Assembly (NCBI GenBank): GCA_944326685.1
Contig: CALVEV010000037.1
Span: 21,211 to 85,210, forward strand
Direction of reading: 5' to 3'
DNA: 64,000 bases
Origin: Candidatus Gastranaerophilales bacterium
GTDB lineage: Bacteria > Cyanobacteriota > Vampirovibrionia > Gastranaerophilales > Gastranaerophilaceae
Positions 8,383 to 16,190 of the stretch are shown here, in pieces (position 1 is the first letter of the stretch; every line of letters begins with the position of its first letter). Both the position numbers and the translations under genes were made by a program. A model generated the notes under the pieces. That model had not been told where the DNA came from. It worked only from the letters and a program-made list of their open reading frames with translations, and did no database searches.

Positions 8383-9747
8383 ATGGAGAATACTTCATAC
8401 AAAGATCCTGCAGGTTTTGTTTTTGTTCATGAGGATGAAATTTATAGGCAAATTAATTTATTAGGAAAAGATGATTATGACTATTTCATGTCATCAAGTT
8501 TGTATGAGGAATTAATTCAAAAAGAATTACTAGTTCAACATGAAGAAGTAGATTTAGATATTGATGTTTCTTCTTCATATTATAAATTTATTAAGCCTTA
8601 TCAAATAGATTATATTACTTATCCTTATGAGTGGTCATTTACGCCATTAAAAGATGCCGCTTTGCTGACTTTAAAAATTCAAAAGCTTGCATTGAAGCAT
8701 AAAATGTCTTTAAAGGATGCGTCTGCATATAATATTCAATTTGTAAATGGTAAGCCTATATTTATAGATACTTTATCATTCGAAAAATATCAAGAAAATA
8801 AACCTTGGAAAGCATATGGGCAATTTTGTAGACATTTTCTTGCTCCTTTGGTTTTAATGAGTTATGTAGATATTTCATTAAATCAGTTATTAATAGCTAA
8901 CATTGATGGTATATCTTTAGATATTGTGTCTAAAATGTTGCCATTAAAATCAAAATTAAATTTTGGAATATTGGTACATATATTCCTTCATTCTTTATCT
9001 CAAAAAAAATATGAGAATACGATGCAGTTCGAATCAAAACAGGCAAAGATGTCATTAGCTTCTCAGATCGCTTTATTATCTTCATTAGAAGACACTATAA
9101 ACTCTTTAAAATTTCCTAAAATATTTACAGAGTGGGGAGATTATTATGAAAATACTAATTATTCAAATGAGGCTTTTGATGAAAAACATGTTTTGGTTAA
9201 AAGTTTTTTAGAAAAAATAAAACCAGAAACTTTATGTGATTTAGGTGCGAATAGAGGAGATTTTTCAAGAATTGCTTCAAATATGGGAGTTAAGACTCTA
9301 TCTATTGATATAGATCCTGTTGCTGTTGAAGATAATTACTTGCATATGAAAAAGAACAAAGAAAAATTTATTCTACCTCTCATTCAAGATTTTAATAATT
9401 TAAGTCCAGCAATAGGATTTATGAATGATGAACGAGAAAACTTTATTTCTAGATTCAAAGTAGATGCTGTAATGGCTCTTGCTTTAATTCATCATATGGC
9501 GATATCAAATAACTTACCATTTAAAAATATAGCTCAATTTTGTTCTAGTTTAGGAGAATATTTAATAATTGAATTTGTTCCGAAGGAAGATTCTAAGGTT
9601 CAAATTTTATTATCTTCTCGAGAAGATATTTTTAGTAATTATAATCAATCTACTTTTGAAAAAGAATTTCAAGAAGTTTATAATATCTTAGAGTCAATAA
9701 AACTAAAAGATTCAGATAGGATTTTATATTTAATGAGGAGAAAATAG
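8383..9747 (+). CDS. class I SAM-dependent methyltransferase with about 270-aa N-terminal extension
   Basis: SAM motif I LCDLGANRGDFSRIA followed by LSIDIDPVAVE, in the C-terminal third. N-terminal part not recognised. Confidence 0.65.
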   Translation: MENTSYKDPAGFVFVHEDEIYRQINLLGKDDYDYFMSSSLYEELIQKELLVQHEEVDLDIDVSSSYYKFIKPYQIDYITYPYEWSFTPLKDAALLTLKIQKLALKHKMSLKDASAYNIQFVNGKPIFIDTLSFEKYQENKPWKAYGQFCRHFLAPLVLMSYVDISLNQLLIANIDGISLDIVSKMLPLKSKLNFGILVHIFLHSLSQKKYENTMQFESKQAKMSLASQIALLSSLEDTINSLKFPKIFTEWGDYYENTNYSNEAFDEKHVLVKSFLEKIKPETLCDLGANRGDFSRIASNMGVKTLSIDIDPVAVEDNYLHMKKNKEKFILPLIQDFNNLSPAIGFMNDERENFISRFKVDAVMALALIHHMAISNNLPFKNIAQFCSSLGEYLIIEFVPKEDSKVQILLSSREDIFSNYNQSTFEKEFQEVYNILESIKLKDSDRILYLMRRK

Positions 9748-11234
9748 TGTATAAATTATTTCCATTAATATTATGTCTTATACCCGTTCATTCTTTTTAT
9801 GCACAAAATATAGGAGAAATATCTTTTAAGTCATATATAGATGCGATTATTAAATTATCATTATTAATAATATGTGGAGTATATGTTTTTAATTTATTGA
9901 CTTTAAATATTAATAGTGCAAATCTTCTTTTTTCTTTGACTTTTTTTGCATTGATTAATGCAGGATATTTATTTATTTCTATGTTTAGTAATTATCAACG
10001 GACATTGAAGAAAGTAAGATATTTTTTTATAGGTACATATTTGTTATTCTTGTGTTTTATTTTAGGTTTTTTATATTATTTATTTGTATTATACACAACT
10101 GTTTCTATATTAATATCAAAAATAGCTTTTGCTGTTTCTCTTTTTATAACTTTTTTTATATTGCTTGATATAGTTAAAAAATTGATTAGTTTAAAAAATA
10201 TTTCAAATAAAGCAGAGCAAGAAGATTTACAATTTGATGAAAATTTAAAAATAGAGGATATTAATATTGAAGATTGTCCAGATATATATCATATAATACT
10301 AGATTCTCATAGTGGATTTAGTAATTCTAAATATTCAGACGAATATTTTAAATCTGAATTAGAGAAGAGGGGCTTTAATATATGTAAAGGAGTAAGAAGT
10401 AATTATAATCTTACGGGTATGTCTATTCCTTCTTTTTTAAATTTTAACTATGTTGATGATTTTTTTCCAGAAAGAGAGCAACCAGCTCAAATAAAAAAAA
10501 TGTGGGTATATTATGAAAAATGTAAATTATTTAAAATTCTTAAAAAGATAGGTTATAAATTTGTATGTGTGTATAGTAATATTTTTTTTTCATTTATTAG
10601 TCATAATTATATAGAGAAAAATGATTTCATAAATAAAGCTATATTTAAGACTAATCCAATTATTGCTTTAATATTTATTTTTTCCTTGTTGAATATTTTG
10701 TCAATTAAAAATTTTCAAACAAGTTATAGTAATCCAAATGTAATTTTATCAATATTTAATAATGCTTGTTTAAAAACATATAAACAACCAACTTTTTATT
10801 ATATGCATCTTTTAGCTCCTCACTATCCTTATTTAAAAGATGAAAATGGGAATGATATTCCTCTTACAGAGCAATCTAATTTAAAATATTATATGCCTTA
10901 CCAAAAATATATAAATAAACAGTTTTTGAAAAATATAGATACTATAAAGAAAAAAATGAAAAAAAATTCTTTGATCTTTTTGCACTCTGATCATTCGATT
11001 GTTTTTGATGGTATTTCTAATAATGTTTATAATATTTTGTTTGCGATATATTCTCCAAAAGAAGAATTAAAAACTTGTATTCCTAATAATTCAACTTTAG
11101 TTAATATGTATAGATATCTTTTTAATAAAGTTTTTAATTCACATTTTAAAATTTTACCGAATAGATATTTTTTATTGAAAAATTATAAACAAGATAATGA
11201 GCATCTTGAAGAAAATTTTAGTATAGAGGAATGA
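9747..11234 (+). CDS. polytopic membrane protein with alkaline-phosphatase-superfamily (sulfatase/LtaS/EptA-like) ectodomain
   Basis: About 5 N-terminal TM helices. Then IILDSHSG, NLTGMSIPS (candidate Thr nucleophile), LAPHYPY and LHSDHS motifs in the order expected for this superfamily. GTG start overlaps the upstream stop by 1 nt. Confidence 0.55.
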   Translation: MYKLFPLILCLIPVHSFYAQNIGEISFKSYIDAIIKLSLLIICGVYVFNLLTLNINSANLLFSLTFFALINAGYLFISMFSNYQRTLKKVRYFFIGTYLLFLCFILGFLYYLFVLYTTVSILISKIAFAVSLFITFFILLDIVKKLISLKNISNKAEQEDLQFDENLKIEDINIEDCPDIYHIILDSHSGFSNSKYSDEYFKSELEKRGFNICKGVRSNYNLTGMSIPSFLNFNYVDDFFPEREQPAQIKKMWVYYEKCKLFKILKKIGYKFVCVYSNIFFSFISHNYIEKNDFINKAIFKTNPIIALIFIFSLLNILSIKNFQTSYSNPNVILSIFNNACLKTYKQPTFYYMHLLAPHYPYLKDENGNDIPLTEQSNLKYYMPYQKYINKQFLKNIDTIKKKMKKNSLIFLHSDHSIVFDGISNNVYNILFAIYSPKEELKTCIPNNSTLVNMYRYLFNKVFNSHFKILPNRYFLLKNYKQDNEHLEENFSIEE

Positions 11235-11647
11235 TAGTGCAATATATAGAAGAATTTAAAAAGCAAAATGCAGATAAACAATTTGAAAAAATGAAAATAA
11301 AGTATAAAAATAAAAAAATTATACTTTATGGTGTTGGAAAATATTTTCAAGAAATTAAGGTTAGTTTTGATTTACCATCTTTAAATATTATAGCTGTTTC
11401 TGATAAAAAATATGAGAATTTAGAAGAGTTAACATATGATGATAGTGTTGGTTATAATGCTATATCGCCTCGTAAGATATTTGATTTAAAACCTGATATT
11501 GTATTATTAACTGTTGCAGAAGATTTTTATGTCGAGCAGTATTTTTGTGAAGAATTGTTTGTCGAGCAAAAGCAAAAATTTAAATATAGAAGGTTTTTTA
11601 AATTGACTTTAGCTCAAATTATAGAACGAGAATTTAATATTTTGTAA
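11231..11647 (+). CDS. hypothetical protein (Rossmann-like KKIILYGVGKY N-terminus)
   Basis: ATGA start/stop overlap with the upstream gene indicates translational coupling. No confident family assignment. Confidence 0.45.
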   Translation: MIVQYIEEFKKQNADKQFEKMKIKYKNKKIILYGVGKYFQEIKVSFDLPSLNIIAVSDKKYENLEELTYDDSVGYNAISPRKIFDLKPDIVLLTVAEDFYVEQYFCEELFVEQKQKFKYRRFFKLTLAQIIEREFNIL

Positions 11648-11742
11648 ATTTCTAGAAGTTTTTTAATAAATATAGCAAAAAAAATATTTAGCTTTTTTAG
11701 TTAAATATAATACATTTTAAATATATAAATAAGTTGAAATAA

Positions 11743-13557
11743 ATGAATTGTATAACCCCTAAAATCTATAATAATATATGTGAAGCTCGAGAAAATATAA
11801 TCACTCCATTTAAACCATTATTTATATCTCAGCCTAAATGTGATAAGGATGTGTTTTCTAAAAACTTTTCTTTTGTTGAACCTAAGAAAAGAGGTTACTT
11901 ATATAAGTTTGCGAATTTAAGTGAACATTATAATCTTTCATACAATATTTTTGACTTAAAACAATTAATGAATTTGTCTAAAGAAAAGTTGAAATCTTTA
12001 TTTTTAATATCATCTTTGAAGGATGATACTGGAATGCTTAGATTTACGCCTAATCAATTATTACAAACTTCAAAATTAAATGATGAAACTCTTAATTTTG
12101 TTAAACCTTTTGCTCGTCAAAAAAATGCAAATGGAATATTTAACTTTAAATTTGATGATATTAAAACCTTATCAAGTTTCACAGATGAAGAAAAACAAAA
12201 TGCAATGCAGCTTCTAGCTTTTAAACTCCCATCGCAAGATTTAATAAATATAAGTAAAGATAAAAATGCAAATATATCAGCTTTACAAGAACGATTATCT
12301 GTAATTAATGATTTATATCCACAAAATATTTATGAGATGGGTGTAAAAAAGATAAATAATAATTATGTTGTTCATTTTACAACAGAGGACAATTATAAAA
12401 CATATAACTATGTATTTGATAATAATTTTAATTTAGACCCTAAATATGACTCAAATATTGATTTCAAAACAGGTACATTTAAGAAAAAAGATTTTTGGAA
12501 TAAATTAAAATTCTGGTCTAAGAAGGAAGAACCTGTTTTAGTACGCCAAAATAATAATTTGCGATGTTCAGTAAAAGAACATTATGAAGCTTTAGGGAAT
12601 ATAAATGAGTATGCAGAATCTCTTAAAAATTTGCAAAAAAAGATGTATAGATATAATTTTCAAGTATCCACTACAGGAGAAGGTAATGTAATTGATACTA
12701 ATATTAATTTACCTAAAAATATGCTTGTTAATTATTGGAAAAAAGGTTTAATTTCTAATTCTGATTTGATGCAAATATGCTCTGATTATGCAGAATTAAT
12801 CCCTCAGGAAGATTTTAAATATTTTTCATTAAACAAAGTTAAAATGACGCAATTTGATAATGATAAGTTTTTAGAGATTAGGAAAAATAATGCAATGTCA
12901 AAACCTGTAGAGGTTGGTTCTGATTATTATAAAAAAGTTTTAAAAGAAACTTTGAGTATAGAGAATGAAAAATTAAAAAATATAAAAGCTGAAAGAAAGT
13001 TGATAATAATAGATGGGCTTCCTGGAGCTGGTAAGTCAACTATTATAAATAGTATTTTGAAAGAAGATAAGAGTTCTTTTTATACTCCTGATGCAGATGA
13101 TATAAAAGGTATGTTTAAGGAAGCTTATAAAAATGGAGAAGGAGCAAATCTTGTACATAATGCTTCCGGTAAAATTTTGAAAAATGAAATTATACCAAGG
13201 GTGTTAGATCAAGGTAAGAATTTTATATATCAGACAACAGGGAATTATGTGAGTATAAATAAGATAATAAATCAGGCTGCTGAAAAAGGTTATAAAATAG
13301 ATTTTATTCAAATACCAACTCCTAAGAATGTTTCTTTAGAAAGATCCGTTAAAAGATTTAATGAGAATGGAAGATTTATGGATCCGATTGTAACGATGTC
13401 TATATTTAATACAAATAATAGAGAAAAAACTTATTCTGCAAAAATATTTTCACATAATAAGAATGTTATTAATTCATATATTTTTGAAAATGGTACTTAT
13501 CATTTAATTAAAGAAGGAACATATTCTGGAGACATTACAACTAACCTACTTAAATAA
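11743..13557 (+). CDS. hypothetical protein with C-terminal zeta-toxin-like P-loop kinase domain
   Basis: Walker A IIIDGLPGAGKST at about aa 420, then TPDADDIK, NFIYQTTG and GYKIDFIQIP...RF..NGRFM in the order seen in zeta-toxin/AAA_33-type kinases. About 410-aa unrecognised N-terminus. No signal peptide. Confidence 0.55.
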   Translation: MNCITPKIYNNICEARENIITPFKPLFISQPKCDKDVFSKNFSFVEPKKRGYLYKFANLSEHYNLSYNIFDLKQLMNLSKEKLKSLFLISSLKDDTGMLRFTPNQLLQTSKLNDETLNFVKPFARQKNANGIFNFKFDDIKTLSSFTDEEKQNAMQLLAFKLPSQDLINISKDKNANISALQERLSVINDLYPQNIYEMGVKKINNNYVVHFTTEDNYKTYNYVFDNNFNLDPKYDSNIDFKTGTFKKKDFWNKLKFWSKKEEPVLVRQNNNLRCSVKEHYEALGNINEYAESLKNLQKKMYRYNFQVSTTGEGNVIDTNINLPKNMLVNYWKKGLISNSDLMQICSDYAELIPQEDFKYFSLNKVKMTQFDNDKFLEIRKNNAMSKPVEVGSDYYKKVLKETLSIENEKLKNIKAERKLIIIDGLPGAGKSTIINSILKEDKSSFYTPDADDIKGMFKEAYKNGEGANLVHNASGKILKNEIIPRVLDQGKNFIYQTTGNYVSINKIINQAAEKGYKIDFIQIPTPKNVSLERSVKRFNENGRFMDPIVTMSIFNTNNREKTYSAKIFSHNKNVINSYIFENGTYHLIKEGTYSGDITTNLLK

Positions 13558-13690
13558 GTTTATGCTTATATAGTAATATTTTTGATTATTTTTTATTTTT
13601 TGTAAACAAAAGTAAAAAAATGTTTATAATATTTAAAGATTTTGATAAAAATATCGTAAAAATATTTAGATAAGTATGAGGTGGTTAATT

Positions 13691-14449
13691 ATGTCATTTG
13701 AAATAGATAAAAATAAAAGTGTAGAACCAAAATATTTTAATTCTAAAGATAATATAGTTAGCGAAGATGATTTTAATGATATTCAAAAAATGTCAAAATC
13801 TTTTAATTCCGTTTTTGAAAAACATAAAGGTAAAGAGTGGAATGATGATATAAAAACGGAATTTGATTTAATGTTAAAAAAGGAATTTGAACCTGATTTA
13901 TCACAAACGGTTGATGCTTTAAGGGTAGATAATAAATCTAGAAAAATAGAAGTAATAGATACTCCTAAAAATTATATAGAAATATTTCAAAAGCATGTAG
14001 CATCATTAATGCCTAAAGTTAATAAAAATACAGATATTACTAAAAAATATACAGGTAGTGCTGATGTTTTAAATGAATATTTAAAAGATACTCCTTTAAA
14101 AGGGTTAGGACAAGAATTTATTAATATTCAAGAAAAATATGGTGTAAATGCTCTTTTCTTGATGTCAATAATTCATACTGAGTCAAACTATGGAGAAACT
14201 CCAGCAAAGGGTACAAAATATAATTTAGCAGGTTTAAAAAGAGCAAAGGGTGGTTTTCAACAACCTAAAAGTTTTGAAGAAAGTATCGATAATCTTGCTT
14301 CTACATTGAATAGATTGTACATAAAAAGAGGCAATAATACTCCTGAAAAAGTTCATCACGGAGGTTATGCTGCTGCAGAAGACTGGAGCAAAAAAGTTGT
14401 AAAAGAGTGGGATAATATAAATAAGTTTATTTATAACAATAAAGATTAA
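13691..14449 (+). CDS. GH73-like N-acetylglucosaminidase-domain protein
   Basis: GVNALFLMSIIHTESNYGETP...YNLAGLK...GGYAAAEDW resembles the mannosyl-glycoprotein endo-beta-N-acetylglucosaminidase (FlgJ/LytD-type) domain, including the TES catalytic Glu context. ATG at 13691 has a GAGGTGG SD (13678-13684). No signal peptide. Confidence 0.55.
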   Translation: MSFEIDKNKSVEPKYFNSKDNIVSEDDFNDIQKMSKSFNSVFEKHKGKEWNDDIKTEFDLMLKKEFEPDLSQTVDALRVDNKSRKIEVIDTPKNYIEIFQKHVASLMPKVNKNTDITKKYTGSADVLNEYLKDTPLKGLGQEFINIQEKYGVNALFLMSIIHTESNYGETPAKGTKYNLAGLKRAKGGFQQPKSFEESIDNLASTLNRLYIKRGNNTPEKVHHGGYAAAEDWSKKVVKEWDNINKFIYNNKD

Positions 14450-14450
14450 A

Positions 14451-15536
14451 TTAAAGAATACCGTCCATCATTTCATTAAGTGCAATTTTGGCTGCTCTAA
14501 TAGGAGCAGAAAAAGATGTTCCTGAGATTCTATCAATTACTTTTCCTTCTGTAATAAATAAATTGTCATCAAGTTCTAAATCAGTACCTTTTAATCCGCT
14601 TATATTTATTCCATTTTTTGTTTTATAAATATCAAATGAATATGGCTCATAATGTTGCGTAAAATAGCTATTTCTTGAAGCTGAATTTATATCTACTTGT
14701 CCTTTTTTATCAAGCCCGCCAACACCTTCAAAACCTGTATTTAAAAATAATATTCCGACTTTCCTATGTCCTTCATTGCCACTACTTGCAAAAACTCTTA
14801 TTTTATTGCCAAGTTCTTTATGTTTTTCAAGTAAATTAAGTTCTTCTGGTGCAAGTTTTTTAATGTTATATTGCATAACTTCTTTTGTTTCGCTTCCTGT
14901 TTTGCTAAGTGGTGGTTTATTATGATATATTCCAAAAGACATTGATAAACAACTTGTATTGGGTGTTATTTCTTTTTTTAGATTTAACATATCATTGTCA
15001 TTTGCAATGTGCTTAATTTTATATGTTGCAAATGGATTATATCTTTTGGTAATAATTTCTATTAAATCTGTATGGCTAAAGTTCATTCCTAAAATGTTTT
15101 TTTTAGGTTTTGCTCCGATATCTAAGTCTGTTAGGATTATTTCTTTTGTTGGTAAAGATGCATTTTTTATAAATTCTCCATCTTTATTTAAGATGCGAAT
15201 ATTGGTATTCCCATTTTGTTCTTTATAATTTTCTAATAAATAATATGGTTTAGAATCTTTTGGATTAATCCATACAGCTCTTTTGTATGTAAAATCATCG
15301 TCAGTTAATTTTATAATATCTGCTTGTGTTGCATTAGGAGGAATTCTGTTTGAATAAAAAATGTAATCATTGTGTTTTGCAATTTTATTCATTGTTCTTG
15401 CTTCTCTCATTTCTTCTGAAATAAATCTTGGCAATTCAAGTGTTTGCCCTGTTTTAGGATAAATTAATTTAGGGTTAATTCCATGAATTTGTTGCTTTGG
15501 TATTAATAGTCTTGGGTATACCGAATTAAGATTCAT
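14451..15536 (-). CDS. divergent subtilisin-like (S8) peptidase-like protein
   Basis: C-terminal ISGTSFSAP (Ser motif) and FASSGNEG (oxyanion Asn motif). Candidate Asp (ILTDLDIG) and His (NFSHTDL) boxes in the correct order. No signal peptide. Confidence 0.4.
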   Translation of the reverse strand: MNLNSVYPRLLIPKQQIHGINPKLIYPKTGQTLELPRFISEEMREARTMNKIAKHNDYIFYSNRIPPNATQADIIKLTDDDFTYKRAVWINPKDSKPYYLLENYKEQNGNTNIRILNKDGEFIKNASLPTKEIILTDLDIGAKPKKNILGMNFSHTDLIEIITKRYNPFATYKIKHIANDNDMLNLKKEITPNTSCLSMSFGIYHNKPPLSKTGSETKEVMQYNIKKLAPEELNLLEKHKELGNKIRVFASSGNEGHRKVGILFLNTGFEGVGGLDKKGQVDINSASRNSYFTQHYEPYSFDIYKTKNGINISGLKGTDLELDDNLFITEGKVIDRISGTSFSAPIRAAKIALNEMMDGIL

Positions 15537-15590
15537 ATATATATAATTCTTCTAAAAAATAAATTTGCTAATGTAAATAATTGAAAGTCC

Positions 15591-15619
15591 TTGTCAATTT
15601 TTATTTTAAATCGTATAAT
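15591..15619 (+). promoter_or_regulatory. candidate sigma-70 promoter of the hydCBA operon
   Basis: TTGTCA (15591-15596), 17-nt spacer, TATAAT (15614-15619). Confidence 0.5.
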
Positions 15620-15631
15620 GTAGGGAGTTTA

Positions 15632-15658
15632 TCACAATAAAGTGGTGTTATATTGTGA
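15632..15658 (+). promoter_or_regulatory. 8-bp perfect inverted repeat in the hyd leader
   Basis: TCACAATA (15632-15639) / TATTGTGA (15651-15658), 11-nt spacer, just downstream of the predicted -10. Confidence 0.4.
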
Positions 15659-15692
15659 GTTTTAGAACGATTAAAGGAATAAAGGAGCCAGT

Positions 15693-16190
15693 ATGACTAC
15701 AGAACGTCAATCTCAGATTAATTTTAAAAAGATTGATGAAATTATGGCATCTTATGAATATAAGAAGTCTAATTTAATCGCAATCTTACAACAAGTTCAG
15801 GAATTGTATACATACTTACCTGAAGATGCAATGACTTTTATAGGAACAAAAATAGAAGGTTTATCACCTGCAACAGTATATGGTGTAGCAACTTTTTATG
15901 CTCAGTTCTCATTAGAGCCAAAAGGAAAATATAAAATAAAAGTATGTGATGGAACAGCTTGTCACGTAAGAGGTTCAATGAGTGTATTGAATGCTGTAAA
16001 AACAAAATTAGGGGTTGGCGAAAAAAGAATGACAACAGAGGACGGAATGTTCTCATTAGAGATAGTAAGTTGTTTGGGTGCTTGTGGATTAGCTCCTGTA
16101 GTTGTAATCAATGACAAGGTTTATCCTCAAATGACATCAGATGCTATAGGCATAATCATTGATACAATCATTAAGGAGGAATCAAACTAA
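15693..16190 (+). CDS. hydC: NuoE-like [2Fe-2S] subunit of NAD(H)-linked trimeric [FeFe]-hydrogenase (HydC)
   Basis: Thioredoxin-like 2Fe-2S pattern CDGTACH...CLGACGLAPV. First gene of the nuoE-nuoF-hydA arrangement. Confidence 0.85.
   Translation: MTTERQSQINFKKIDEIMASYEYKKSNLIAILQQVQELYTYLPEDAMTFIGTKIEGLSPATVYGVATFYAQFSLEPKGKYKIKVCDGTACHVRGSMSVLNAVKTKLGVGEKRMTTEDGMFSLEIVSCLGACGLAPVVVINDKVYPQMTSDAIGIIIDTIIKEESN

Noticed and set aside
8045-15536. Possible genomic island integrated at tRNA-His (accessory-looking genes follow the tRNA).
   Set aside because: I could find no integrase or recombinase, no direct repeat of the tRNA 3' end downstream, and no compositional break visible by eye.
15570-15588. 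HLR1-like (RpaB-box) sequence just upstream of the hyd -35; the reverse complement reads CTTTCAATTATTTACATT.
   Set aside because: Only one of the two 8-bp repeats matches (TTTACATT). The other (TTTCAATT) has the core scrambled. This is not enough to call.
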